Positions 27,401 through 41,632 of a DNA stretch of 64,000 nt are shown here, piece by piece (within the stretch, counting starts at the first letter, position 1; each line of letters starts with the position of its first letter). The position numbers and the translations under genes were made by a program. Source of the DNA: Tubiluchus corallicola (lineage: Eukaryota; Animalia; Priapulida). Below the pieces are notes generated by a model. That model saw only the letters and a program-made list of their open reading frames with translations, was not told the origin of the DNA and did no database searches. The DNA lies in contig JAQGDQ010000095.1 in the NCBI GenBank assembly GCA_030141605.1, forward strand, positions 248,001 through 312,000, read 5' to 3'.

Positions 27401-30400
27401 ACATCAGTTCCCGAGCTAGAGTTGCCTGTTAACTTATCTGATTCTAGTTCTGCTGGGACGAGCGAATTAGAGAATCTGCTGCGCTCTTCTGATGAAGCAA
27501 CACCACAAGACCGCAGACGGTATATTGTTTTTTGCTGCTATTAGTATATGTTGCTAGTTTCTCGAAGAAGATATATTTGTCTAATGTTTTCAAGTACAGC
27601 GAAGGCTTCATACTTGCAAAAATGTCTCCGAAAATATCTGGAACTAACATAATGTGAATAATTTTTTGAAGTTTGTCCAGTATCTTTACTTTTTTATGTG
27701 TTTCTCACCATTACTGAAATACGTTTTATTATGAAAATCATTTTTCTTATGAACATTGTTAAGGAGACTGATATTCAAATGTGTCGAATACCAACTCATC
27801 AGCAACAAAAAGTAGTAATAAGTTCGGTGTGATGAAGTAGATAAGACAGTCTCCAAAATGATAAATATCAGCATAATGACATTACACAGTGCCATATTTG
27901 TCATTTCCACACGTGTTGGGACAAAGGAAGTGCGAATAGTAATACAGGTTATTAAAACTTGCAATTAGATGGTTCAACATATAACGTTCGATTTTTGGCT
28001 AGATGTTTTTGGTTCAGTCAGTATGATTCGCGTTTTCTAGCATTCTGTATTACAGATTTGAACTCTTTAAATTCTGCATACAATTAAATTAATTCTTTGT
28101 GTACTTCACTCGAAAAGATGCTTGTCATTCCGGAAAATAAAAGTGATTTGCCACACCATGATTCAGGGTAATACAATACATTATTTTTGTAACATTTTTT
28201 GAGAATGTACCTTATTATATGTTGCAGCACTGATTTTGTTATTGCATTGTGTTAATTGAATAAATGATTCTGATTCTGCCATTTCAGGTTGAGGTTGTCT
28301 GAAATGTTGCGTCACCACTTTGAGAATTTGCAAGAAAATGTGGACTCATATGTAATGGATGAGAATTTGGAAGATAATTCAGCACATGCAGAAGATGGAG
28401 AGCAGACTTTAGCTAACATGTGGCTGTCAAGATTAACAGAAGAAACACGGTCGAGTGGTCCTCGGAGGTCAACAGGCAGCATTTTGCCTTGGCCCAATTC
28501 CAGTGCAAGAGTAAATCCATATGCTTCTTCACATTTGTCAGCCGTTGCTAACTCATCTGCTGCGAGTTCCAGCCGACGATGTATAGGACCATCTCATACA
28601 GGTGGCGCCACCTGGTGGACTAGTTCTAGCCTTGCATCGGCATTGGCACAAAGAATTGCTGCTACTGATGCCCAAAGAGAAGAAGAAGAAGAAAACCATG
28701 AAAACTCCAGGCCAGTTGAGAACTCCAACCATGACCCTCTGCTGACTAGTCTCCGTTTGATGCGCTCAACTCATGCCAATCCAACTGCAAACATATCATT
28801 TCCTGATAATGAGACGAGCAATACACAAGTTTTGGTATCATGGAGGTCATTAAGGTATGTTGCTTTTTAGGAAAGAATTAAAATTTATGTTATATTTTTT
28901 CTATTTGGGGGAAGATTGTCGGTAAGCCTTTCGTTTAATGAAAATTTAGGCTTTCTCTAAAATCTACAGCTAAACTTAATTTCTTATAAACTAGGCAAAT
29001 AATTTAAAACAAAGTTAAAATTCTTTTAACCTAGACAGCCGTAAAATTGTAATAGTGTTTACCATTTTTGCTGACACATTATACTATGGATATTAGTGTT
29101 GTGTCGAATTGCGTTTTACATTGTGCCAAACCATTAGCGGAATTTGCAAAGTTGTGTTCAATGTACTAGTCCAAATATAATTGATTAACAACCAAATGTA
29201 TGTATACGCCTATACATTTTCGCTGTACAAATTTTAAATATTATTAGGCCTGTAATAGTGTCACATTCCTGCATCATCATACAAGTTTCATTTTTAATGT
29301 CTCTAAGTTTGGTTACTGTATGTGTTTGAAAAAATACAGTTAACATGATTAAAAATTAATTAAACAAATCATCTACATCTACATGTATTTAGGCTTTTTT
29401 TTCATGTAATCTGTATTTAACAATGTATTTCATCACTGAAATCAGTCAACAGTTTATAATTCTGAACAACTCTGTAGCTGTACAATGCCTGGGTTGCTGG
29501 CAATCACTTTACTGCATTTTGCATAAAGAATGTCAAAGTCCTATCCAAGCTACATATTTCTAGTTCTGTCAAGTTTTTTCAAAATTCTTTGATGCATGTA
29601 AACAGAGCAGTTCAAATCTAGTGTGCACCCACAAGATCATCAAATATCGCAGTGTTCTCGTAGTAACATGCTAGAGTGAAAATGTTTTCTGATTTAATGT
29701 TTAAATGCTTTTTTGACACTCAGAAAAATTTTAAATCTTGTTTGTAAAGATACAATTGTAATGTCCCAGACTGAATCATTGAGCCATACTTTAACTTGCA
29801 GATAAACATTAAACTTTAATTTCGTATTTTGACACCAGCTTTTCTTTACTTCTGTTCACTAAGTGTAAATTGTTTCTAGATCGTTACAATCAACTAGACA
29901 CTATTTGTTAGTTTAGGGAATGTTTGAGCCCCCTTCTCCCCCGGGTTGGGTTAAACGTTAAACTGTACGTCTGTGCACTTGAATCGGATTGAAGCCAAAC
30001 GCATAGATTTCTGTACATTTGTGACATAGATTTCATGGACACGGGATATGCAACTTGACTTTGGTTAGTTAAACTGCGTTTTTACGTTTTACCTGATTTT
30101 CCATTAGCTGACGTTGGAAAAGCTAATGATCTATTTGTGGTGGTGGAAGATGTCCACTCATTGATTTACATGACTTTGTTGATCTTACCATGCCGGGAAG
30201 ATGTCGTGTCAGATCATGTGAGAGCAGTTGGAGAGGTGCCCAGCGCAACAGTCCAGTGCATCGGATGGAGGAAATCGTCACTGCCCGGGTAGTAACTTTA
30301 TGCCAATAAGCCGGAAAGCAGTGGTACCTGTTTATTTATGTTATTGTTCTTTGGTGCCAGAGAGAGAACTTATTTTCGATGTGTATATCTGAACACATGT

Positions 30401-33400
30401 GTACCTACTGCTCCATTCACACGTCACCCTTTCGATGGACTTACGTTGAAACATTTAACGAAAGCACTACGTTTCTCTCAGACCTTTTGCGTCGTTACTG
30501 TGGGAGTCATGAACCCGCGAGATGAAGTCTGGACCATACTTTAGTCGTTCTAAAGGACTATGAGCACAAACTACACTTGTCTGGAGAAGATATTATGCTA
30601 ACGTATGCGTTTTGGGGTGGCTGGTAGAGTAAGTAGGAACCCTTTAAATAGTTAGGAACACTGTATGATTTTTGTATGTTTTGCCATTGCATTTATTTCA
30701 TGCCATGCTGTTTAGCAGCGTTTTCAGATTTACTTTTGCCTATTACTAATTTCCATTGTTTGCAAATAGCTAAATTTCATGACTGTTTGATATTTTTATT
30801 GTGTCATCAAGCTTAATATTTTGTTGCTTAATTGACTGGTTACAGTTTGATTTCCGAGGTATAGATGAAGTCTGTTTTTTATCTATCACACCACAAAAGA
30901 ATCCATGCTATTTAGGAAGAGCCCCCGTAGAGTCTGCTTACGCTCAGCTACTGTCTGTTTCCTTTAGTGGGCAGTCGGTTAGTACTCTTAGCTCGGCCAA
31001 GGAACTGATCGAACTTGGCAATGACTACCATTAATTGGCCCCTATGGTCTGCATTATGGGCACCGGCCATCACAAAAATTTTACGCAAACAATGTTCAGA
31101 AATCATTGGTAGGGATGGAAATGATGCCATTACATAACTTTGGTATTTGTACTAATTTTAGATGTTCTGTTAGTACTATACCGTATAGGTTTTTTTAACC
31201 TCCAAACTCTGGCAAACTTTTTATTGGTTCCAGTCTAGTCTTAATGCAGATTCTTCAAATTACATTGATTACTGATTATCAGTTGCTTCTGAAAATCTGG
31301 CACACAATGCTAATGGATACTGAATAATTTACAGTTGTTTTGTAAGATGCCGAGACTTAACATAACGCCTATATAGATCTAGAGCTAAGGGCAGCTCATT
31401 TTTAGTTCTGCAAACATACAACATACATAAAAGTAGTTAATGCCAACAAGATAAATTTTAAGAAGCGATGACTATTTTGTTTTCAAACAAATAAATATTA
31501 TTAAAGGAAAATCGCATGATTGCGTAAACATTAGTTCAGAATAAAGAATGCTCTAAAATATTGCAAACTACTGTAGCTTTTTTTAAATCAAAGCTTAGAT
31601 TAAATAATAATTACCTCGGATACTCAAATTTCATTAAACTTTCAAAGCTACGCGTGGCTACTAAGATTGGCAGCGGTGCCTTTTTGTCACATTCGCGTGG
31701 CCGACAAATAGAAGGCGGTACCGTGATAAGCATGAGCATGAACTGCAGTGTTAGTTTCTGACGTCAGATGACCTAAAGTTTATTTTTCGTGACATCATGC
31801 TTTTAAGCAGTACTGTAACTCTTATGCAAATGTGCTTGATGCGCAACGGAAGACGCCTGCCATTGCACAAACTGTAGTTAGTTTCTGACGTAAGCAATAG
31901 CTGTGTTCGGTTGCCGTTAATTAACTTTCTAATTATTCAAATATAAGGAACAATTGTTAACTTTTATAGGCAAGAAAATGTATATTTTGGACAGTAAATT
32001 AAAACGAGATTGAGTCTAAACAATCGTTCGGTCTTCCTTTAAGTAGGTCTTTAAGTGATCATAATCGTCCCTATCTGGGCTATCCCTGAGTAGACTTGAC
32101 TTTAGTTAGTCAGATTTTAAATTATTACAGTTTTATGCCTAGAAATTAACAATGTTTTATGATTGCGTGACTCTGCTAATTCTGATTCCTTTAGGAAAAA
32201 ATGGCAAAATTTAAATAAATCTGTGAAACATGTTTGTTGTTCATTAGTATATATTATAACTTTGCTGGAATATGGAAAAAATGTGAAACACGAGTTTATC
32301 AAAACTTCCAAAAACATATAACTCAATACATTGCTGATAATTCTAATTCCGAATCCTTAATTTGCAGAGGCCCAATAGAAGATAGTGATGACTCACTAGA
32401 CAATGAAGGGGCTAGGTTTGTTCATCGCTTACAGGATCTGATTTCAGCTGTGATACAAGTTTGGTCTGTGCGTGAAACTTTGTCCCATCTTGATCAGCAA
32501 GCCAACAGTCCAAGTAGTAGAGGTTCCCTAGAGCAGACAACTTCTCACGACACCAGGGAACCTAACAGTACATGTGCAATGTGTGGCGGACGTGTGCCAG
32601 ATCTTGCTGTTGCTTCTGAAGACAGTAATTCAAATGTCAGCAGCTCAAATTCTAATGTCAATCAACTGTGCGAATCAGTTGCTTCGTTCTATAACACGTC
32701 ACATGATAACAATCAGAGATCGAACATATCTCAAGCTAGTTCGGAGATTACTGTTCCGGATGCAACTTATGAAACAGTTGGGCTGCCAGTGGTTGTTTCT
32801 AATTCGGATTCTATTGAATCCTTTTCGTCGGGGTCTGACACATCTGTAACAAGTGACTCGACTTCAGTAACCACTGTGAGTGAATCCGGGGAAATGGGAG
32901 AAAGGAGAGAAGGTCTTCAAATTGCAGAAAGACCTGTTGCTGTTATGGAAACAGTCTCATCTAGTCAAAGCAGGCAACATGCTAGTGATTCACTTTCGTG
33001 TCCAGAGAACCTTGTGCAAGCTTTAGCTAGGTTACAGCGGAATTTGCATCTCATTGATTCTGATCTTCTGAATCACAGTGGTGTTCCTAGATTTGCTGAA
33101 CGATTGTCAGAAGTTACTCTTCGAGTGGAAAATCTCTACATTAATTTCTTTCGTTCTGTGCCACATGTAGATGATTTGCCTCAGCAAGTTATTGATGGTA
33201 TGTCTTTCCACCCTGTATTGTGTTTGTTGTGCATTACTCTATTATATTTTTAAGTTACTGGAAAGGAAACATATGTTCATCAAATATTGTTAAAGTTTGC
33301 AGTTACTACTGATTGACAGAAGAAATATAAAAACACATTTGGAAAAATAAAAATGTGTTTTGGTAATGCTATCATCCTAGCCAAGGTGTGTTTTAAGTTA

Positions 33401-36400
33401 AGTGGGTTACAAATTAATTTCTGGCTGTTATGGTAGGACTGAACCTAGCTAACTACGCGGGATGTTTTTTGAGATGTGACACTGTGTGAGATGTGAAAAG
33501 GACAAGGTGTTTTAACTATATTTGAATAGGTATATGTCTTCGTTTATGAGAGAATCAAAGAAATAGCCAAGGCAACATGGCAGGCATAACCACCTAAAAC
33601 TATTTCTCTAGGCAATCGCCCATCCATTTATTTATTAGGCCTGACATTGCTTGTATCGCTGTATCTTTGCAGGTATGTGTTCAACGAGAGATTTTAGTTA
33701 TTCCATTTGCCGTAACCTCAACCATAAGTTCAGCTATATTTTAAACAAGTAGTATGTTGCAGTAATTTTTTTATATTATTTGATGCATTGTGAACTGTTG
33801 ATCAAAGTCAGTCTTAATATTTTTTGTGTACCCTATGTAGCTATACAGACAAGGCATCGGCAGCTTCAAGTTAGGTTGGACGAAATGTCCCTTGCTATTA
33901 CAGCTGATGGGAATGCAACAACTACTGCACAGCAGATACAGTTGCTAAGTTTAGTCGCAGGTAACATTACATACAAATGAAAGTATGTCTTTCGCTCTTT
34001 GTCTTGGTTTTAGGGTCTTAACAATATTACATTTTTGTTTTGCTATTGTATCTTATTAAAAGACTCTTTGGTGTTTTTTCTGGTAAAAGTTGTTTTAGTG
34101 CTGTTACTAAATTAGTTGATTTTTTATTTACAATTATTTACTATTATTCCTGTTCCACTGCACCAGAAATATGCTTGGTCCATTGCTTAACACACAACAA
34201 AACATCAAAATAGATGAACACATTATATTTCTGCGCAACGTGTTAGCAAGCTTTAAGATTTGCTATTTTTGTTGAAAAACCCTGCTGAAAGGTGCAGTGG
34301 ATCTAATTAAGTAAAACATGATATGATATGACTAGAGAAAATATGAAATTTTTCACTTGCTTTTTTTCTCAGAAATAAGATATCAAGTTGAAGCGTCTCT
34401 CGAGGGGATGAGATCGCCGGAAAGAGAAGGCCATAGAATGTATGTATATAAATCTTCATTGAGAGGAATTTCTGCAGTCAACACAGATCTGTTTAAATTC
34501 ACGATTCACTGAAATTGTAATTTTAGAAATGCCAAAGTTTTAGTATTTGTGGAAGTTTTTGTTGTTGGTTTAGCTTGTATAGTCGTTTTCTAAAGTTTAG
34601 TGCTTGTAATGCAATCTAAAGTTTTACTATTTTCTTATAGGTTAGATGGTCAGGTTCTTGATGTTCCTCGATATTTTTCTCGTCACCGAAATCTCCTGAG
34701 GTACTCCCATAGGCAGTCGGGTCTCTCGTATTTTAGCAGACTTCCTTTCAGGACACATCCTAGACGCCCAACATTGACAGGACACAGGCAGTATATATTG
34801 GAAAGAGTCAGGTCCAGCCGAAATGTTTTGGAAAGAGTGAGGGCTAATGCAGTTCCAAATGTGCAGGAGTCATCAGAATCTGTAGCTGGATCTGAGCGTT
34901 CTTATCTGCAAGCTGGTAATAGATTGTTGTCTGATGAAGGATCTGCATTCTCCACTCGAGCTCCAACTTGGCGACAACTTTTACCAGAGCCAATTGAAAG
35001 CCTGAATGAGCCAGCAATTTCAGCTGCTGAGGCCATGAGAAGAGCAATAATGAACAGAGGTAATCCAGGTAAGAAGATTACTTGTATTCCTTGTACAACA
35101 GTAATTGCCTAAAATCCTCTTAATTGTGGATGAGGTTAGATCATCAAGGTTAATATAAACATGGCATTCATTTTCATAGCTGGATCGAACAGGGAGCCTG
35201 GTACTGCAGCGGGAATGACTGGTGGTCAGTTGGTAAGCATGACACATCGAATTCAACAGTGGGACTTTCGCAAGTATCAGATTCCAGACATCAGCGATGG
35301 TGTGTAGCTGCCTTTACTTTTTTGTTTTCAATCTAAAATGTGAAAGTTCCACCTAAAAAAAGTAAGAAGTGAGAACTTGTAAAAGAGTGGATTGTGTCTG
35401 ACAAATTCGATCTACGCTAGGAGATGCGACGAAGGTCCTGTGCTGACCTACTTTTTCGTAACTTATGCCAATAGTTATTTTTGATATCATTAAGAAGTAT
35501 TTGCCTGATGTACGTATGTTATGCAGATGACTCACATTTATTACAATGACTCATGATATTACATTGTGCATCATGACTGAGATCGACATTTATATGTGCA
35601 CATTATTAAAAATTATTGTCATTGGATTTGGAACTTCAAAAGTGAACACTGAAAATTTTGCATAAATTTGCTTGTACTATTTGTTGCACGTTATTCCTTA
35701 TTTCTTTCATAGCATTTACTAATACATGCACCTATCCAAGAAGCTATAGCAAATATTGTTTTCACCAGTTTCATTTTTTTGTTTCAGCCAATGCAAATAT
35801 TTTAGTGCCACAGTGTAAAATACATAATGATGCTAATTGTGATATTTCACTTGATGGTAAACTGCTAGCTTGCTTCATTCACATACCTCGGATCCCATTT
35901 GATACTGTCCTGGCCATATTCTCATTAGAACCCGAACTTCATGGTCAGTGTTTATACACACATAGTTTTGGTAAGTCATTGCATTAAAATTTCTCACCTG
36001 TGCAGTGTAAGACAAATTTTTCAAATATGTAATATTGAATTGGTTCATTAGTGCACATTTTAAGCACGTTTTTATTTCAAACAGTGTTTTTAAAACCATT
36101 GAAGAAATGCTTTTTTAAATTGTCTACAGAGCTAATACATATTCTAGAATTAATCTCTAGGTTCCACGGCAGTATCAGTGAGCATATCTCCATGCAATCA
36201 GTATGTGCTTGTCGGAAAAGCGATTCGCAGATTCACATATTCACCACATCACAGCGAAAACAAAGCAGTAATGGGACAGATATTTAAGCTGAATAAAATG
36301 TTTGCTGAAGCTGATGAAGAATCTATGAAGGTATAACATAACCTTGTGGAATCTTTAGTAGATTGACTGGGCCTTTAGTAGATGTGCATCAAAACTCTGG

Positions 36401-39105
36401 AATTGTTTGCCAGCAGAATTAAAATATATGCACGATTATCAAGTCATGCTTAAAGACATTTATTTTAATCAGATTATTCTTAACTTAGATTTTTTAATTG
36501 CTGGTGTTTTTAATTATTTTTTTTTGATAGGATTTATATTTTATAACTATTGTAGTAAGCTTTTTGGGAATTAATTAAAAAATGTAGCTGATGTGCAAGT
36601 TACTGTAATTACTAATTAGGTGTTATTTAATCCGTCTTAATTTTTAATTTGCTTGTAAAACATTTTAAGATTTTAATGTAAAGTGCTTAAAAGTATATTA
36701 TTGTTGTTATTGTTCATATTTCATTTATTTTTTCCTTAGAAAATTTGTGATGTTTTTCACCCACTGGAAGTGCCTACTCAGCACGTGAGTGCTAACTCCG
36801 CACGCTGGCTACCAAATTCTGGAGAGGGGCTGGTTTATTGTACAAACAAAGGTCATGTGACAGTATGCAGACCATGGTATGTTTTGACATTATCCTATTT
36901 TATCATTAGTCAGTGATTATCTGATTTACTGAGTTTTTGTTATTTGTGTCTTTAGCTATCCAGTCAAAGTACAAGTATCCAATCAGTGGAGCGGCTTGTA
37001 TTACTTGGTATAATCAGTCTTTTTGGTGTGATTTGCAGGGAGAGAAGATGCTTAAACTACTGAACATTTCTGACTTGTGTCAAAAACTGTTATAAGGTGC
37101 TGCTTCTGTGACAGGAGATACTTTTGTTTTATATTTACCAATTCAAAAAATGTTTTTCAAAATAGTTAACAGCATGTATACAAGTATTGTTATGCTTGAC
37201 GTTAAGTGTTTCAGTGAAATCCGAACTTATCAGTTTTTCACGTGTGGCCTGTAATTCAAAGCTGTGAAGTTGTCATATTACCTTCATGGAAATTCACTAT
37301 GCTTGATTACTTAGTAATTGCATTTCTTGTTATTTAATTTTATAATTTCTCATTTTTTGAAGCATGACCGGTCACCCATCTAGTTATTAATTAGCTCTTG
37401 TCTTGCTTTTCATTCATAACCAAGCACACAACATTACAACACAGCTATTTTTTTACCCAGTTAAACAGGAGTTTCAATAATTTTCCCGTAAGTAAGTATC
37501 TCATACTCAGCTGATCACTAGACCTTGACCCCACCTAGCCACCTCCCATAAGTTTTGGCCTTAGCTCAAAATTTCTAGGAAGAGCTCCAGCCTAAAGAAA
37601 AAGACACCCTGCTCACTGTGTGACCTTTGACCTGTGATATTCCAAATACATACATAGGAAACACCACATTTGATCACTAGTGCTGGGCGTGGAACATTCG
37701 CTGTCGAACAAATGTTCGAGTTTGAACTCAATTCGAACTAAGAAAATCATTGTTTGAACAAATTAAAAAAATGATCATAGAAAAATTGAATGCCGTCAGC
37801 GATGAGCTAAGCAGTTTATGCTAACACCATCTATGCTTTAACTTAAAGCTTGTCCCGCTAACTGGAGTTCAAGCCAAGTGACCAATGAGTCATCCAGTAT
37901 CAAAATTCAATCAGTTACTATACAGCACACTATAATGTACTTTGATAATCTTGAAAGCATCTTTTGTGAAGGCTGAGTTGCACATTTATCCAGTAAATTT
38001 TTTTGCACAGCCGATCCTTTGTATAGTTATTTTCACCTTTTGCAGCTTATCTTTTTAAAAACGCTGGGAATTTTTTGTCGCAATTTCCGACATCATTTAC
38101 TTGAGATTGTGATACATTCCTAAAATTTCTCAGTTAAAGATTTTTCATTGCAAAAATAAACACATACCAAGCCGCCTGTGCAAGCTTACCTATCATTTAC
38201 TGATTTTTTTCTAGCTCTAACAACGTTATTGCTTATGCTCTGTTGACACAAGTTAATTCAATTAGCCAACTCTTCAGCCATTTGCAAGACTTGGCTACCC
38301 TGCACTTGGCTGGGGAGCATATGTGTACTTACATGCAGTTATTTGTAATAACTTGTATTAGATCAAAAGTTCAAAATGAACTGGGATATTGAATTCATCA
38401 TGCTCTTGAATTTAGTGGGTATTTTCACATTCGTTTATAGCATTCAAATTGTAAAACAAAAAGCAGAAATTTAATAAGGGTAACTTATTCATATCGATTC
38501 TACTCACTTATAAAGAGCTAAGTTCTAAGGCAGATTTTGCAGAGTCAGCTGGATCAAGCCCCGCTTTAATCCATATTATTATTGTTAGAACTAAAGATAT
38601 TTTGATAAAAAAAAGCCGTGCAGTATAAATAAGTAAATTTGATTCAATTTGATTTGGGATTAAACCAAATTATTCGATTCCAATTTTTTTTTATTTTGCC
38701 CGGCATTATTGATCATCAGTACAATGACCTTAGTGACGAGTTAAAAGCAGTAGTAGTTATCATATTGTTCTATAATAGGCAATTTTATTTCGTATCACTT
38801 GCAAACTGTTCCATTACCATTTCCACACAATGCTATACAACACGTGCCAGTAACTTGTCTTACAAATTTTATTTTCATAAATATATTTTAGGTATAGTGG
38901 AGATGAGGGAAAGGAATCTAAGTCATTATCAGCCAGTCAAGCCCAGCCAGCGTCAGGTTTAGAGGCTGCAGTGAGGCCTGGGGATGCAGCTCGTGATCGT
39001 GTATTAGCAGTGTTACGTAGAGCATGGGCAAGACGTCGCCATAGTGCTGGAACACAAACCTTTGTATCTCGTGATGTGCAGACAGCAAGTACTCAAACAG
39101 ACTGA
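24401..39105 (+). CDS. AMBRA1: Activating molecule in BECN1-regulated autophagy 1 (split WD40 DCAF), about 1311 aa
   Basis: Phase-consistent GT-AG exons: 24401-24588, 24814-24997, 25330-25502, 25793-25876, 26153-26290, 26716-26847, 27319-27519, 28288-28854, 32368-33197, 33841-33960, 34373-34439, 34641-35068, 35180-35299, 35788-35970, 36161-36330, 36740-36876, 38892-39105 (3936 nt in total). N-terminal motifs TTFLVAFS, ASTHGDHN, GHPRTPWC, FWDWS and FDPLGHY; a long low-complexity middle; C-terminal motifs HRIQQWDF, CKIHNDANCDIS and NSARWLP..G.GLVY.TNKG; terminal SAGTQT/TASTQT. AATAAA at about 39497. Confidence 0.95.
29906..30660. mobile_element. Possible solo LTR or other repeat in an AMBRA1 intron
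   Basis: GC-richer 755-bp block bounded by TGTT...AACA. The flanks ctatt/ctgta are not a convincing TSD. Confidence 0.25.
37678..38708. mobile_element. Non-autonomous hAT element in the last AMBRA1 intron
   Basis: TIRs TAGTGCTGGGC / GCCCGGCATTA (9/11) and an 8-bp TSD TTGATCAC/TTGATCAT (7/8). Confidence 0.75.
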
Positions 39106-40780
39106 ACTCATGCGAAGTTGTCAAGTTTATTTTTTTAAAGCATGTATTGTGATTTATATTTATAGTGTAACTTTTTCAGTATTATATCAAGTGTCCTGTA
39201 TGGTGAATGTGGGTAGACGGATTGATTGTGTATTACATTTCCTATACTTTTCACTTTTATTATAATGATGGCAAGGCAGTTCTATTTTATAGCGAAATAG
39301 GGTAATTTTGTCGACATGCCAAGCAGCACCACACCACTGTGAAAAATCGTTGAGTTTTGTACAATATTTTTGCATTTCAGTACTTACCAATTCGTCTGTT
39401 AAGCCCGTATTGCTTTGCAGCCAGTGAAATGAACGAGCTGGCCCTAGTTACGTAGTTTATTTGCCAAACAGCTGAGCGAGCCCTTTTATTTTGTGCAATA
39501 AAACTGCTACCAATTTTTCGTGCTAAGCCTTTTGATACTATCGATATTAATCAAGTCAGACTAGGTGAACTTTGAAAAATTGTCTTAGCCTTAATAATTG
39601 TAAATTACTACAACTCACCAACTGAGAATGAAAATTGTTACTTGCGAAATACTTTAACTGATTTTTCTAACAATTTAATACCATGACATAACACAACAGT
39701 TTTTGATATAACTCACCAAAAAAGACCTAGCTATTCATTGTAAGATACAGTAGAAAGGAAGATGTGAACACATGTCCGCAGAATTATATAGAGCCCACGG
39801 GGGAAAAACAGGGGTTGTAAGAAAGTGTTGGTGTTCCTTATCTAAGAATGACCAGACTGAGAAGCAGCATTGTTAGTTATTTAATAAAAACCGATTTTTA
39901 TTTGAAGTGAAAACAATAGGTCCATTTAAATTCCTCTGGAAAGCGCACTCTAAAATTGTAATATATGGGTGTGCAAAATAAGTTTTGTACAAGTTTTCAG
40001 TGAAACTGCAACTGTTTGGCTTCACCACTAAGTGAAAAAGCCTAAGTTATAAAGTCGACCAGTACTTTGCTGCTGCCAGGACACTGAACCAAAAGGAGAA
40101 ATAAAGTAATTCATGAAAACTTGTCTAGTACTCAATACTGAATTCACTGTATGCTATCCCAATTTTTATTGCAAATCTCATTAATAATTTCAATTAGACA
40201 TTAATTACGTATAATATGGTATGCATATAATAATACTCACAGTGTTATTAATAATATCAAAATTTTAAATACTGTAATAATTTCATGCTAAGGTACAGTT
40301 AATTAGTTGCTGGCTTTGTTTACCTTAACGTAACAACAAGGCACTGTTTAGATGAAATACAATCCCGAACATTGAATCTAATAAGATTCAGAAGGTTGCA
40401 GGTTGCATTTTCAAATAACTTTGGCATTTTTCTTCATCCATTACAACTTGTTGCAATTCGCCCTGGTGTTCATGGTTTTCAGACCCAAAAACGGTGTTGC
40501 CGCTGCCTGTATCGCTTACTTGCCTTTTTCTTTAACTACCACAGGTCCACAGCAAAATAAATCTTCTTACTTCTAGAATTCTCATGCTTAGAAATTTGCG
40601 TTAAAATTTTGGCGTATTTGTGACGTGTACGGATTGAGTGCGGTCAAGGGAAACGACTTTTGCGAGAAAACTGTCTGTGCGGACGTAGTGGAAATGCGGC
40701 CTAAGATTCTACTAAAAAGTAGAATGGTAGTAACTGATCATTATCTTTTTGTTAAATGGAAATTGAAAAACAGATTATAA

Positions 40781-41632
40781 TTTGCTTTGCAAAAATCACT
40801 AGTACTTTATGTATGTTTTATAGCGGCAACGATTATTGTTATATCCGATTCAGGTAAGTTGAACAAGTAACAATTGTTGGCATTGTTAAAATTGTTAATT
40901 CTTCATACTAATGTTGTGAGTGAATGCTATATTGTGAATTTGTTGTTTGTTTTATTGCAGATTCTCATGATGTAAGTCAAAAAGTTGGGTATTAGATTTG
41001 TACAAGCTTTTTACAATTTCACCATGCTTAGGTTTAGGCTTGAAAGCACATATAGTTTGTGGGGAGATTTATGCATTCAATAAAAACTATGTACATTTTC
41101 AAGATTCCATATCCAATAGAAGAGTTACTATTAATTACTTGAACTGTATATGGAATGTTTTTCAATAAATGTATTTACTTTTTCAAGATTCCAAATCTAA
41201 TAGAAGAGTTACTATAAATTACAAGAATGAACTGTTAATTATAGGAATCTCATTTAAACCAGTTGTCCCATCTTTACTGAACAATTTAGATAATCAAGAT
41301 GACTGTAGATTTGTTGTACCGTAGTCATTTGCATATAACCGTAATTAGAGAAGCAAATCAGTAGTCAAATTGCTAGTGAACGATTCTTTTATAGAGTGAA
41401 GTAAATTTACAGGTTACAAATTTTGTAATTTGTCACTCTGTAAAACATAATTTCGTATGAAAATCATATATTAAAAGTAATCTTTTCTGTTTTTTTATCT
41501 TAAACGAAGTGATTTCTGTTGCGATACTTTGTTTTAATAAAGAATCTACTGCCTGCCAAGGTTCAGGAAGAGAAAATTCATATTGCCAATTGTGAGAAAA
41601 ATTGTATGCAATTATGCAGAGGATTTAAGTAG
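40781..41632 (+). other. Candidate small spliced gene or pseudogene encoding a secreted-peptide-like product
   Basis: Hydrophobic frame ALQKSLVLYVCFIAATIIVISDS ends at CAG|GTAAGT (40854). An 11-nt micro-exon 40961-40971 has a strong acceptor and a GTAAGT donor. Cys-containing segment 41543-41632 and AATAAA at about 41745. No in-frame ATG. Confidence 0.3.

Noticed and set aside
38639-38962. 107-aa ORF overlapping the AMBRA1 terminal exon
   Set aside because: Wrong frame. The phase required by the upstream exon gives the TQT-containing frame, and the 5' part is transposon or intron sequence.
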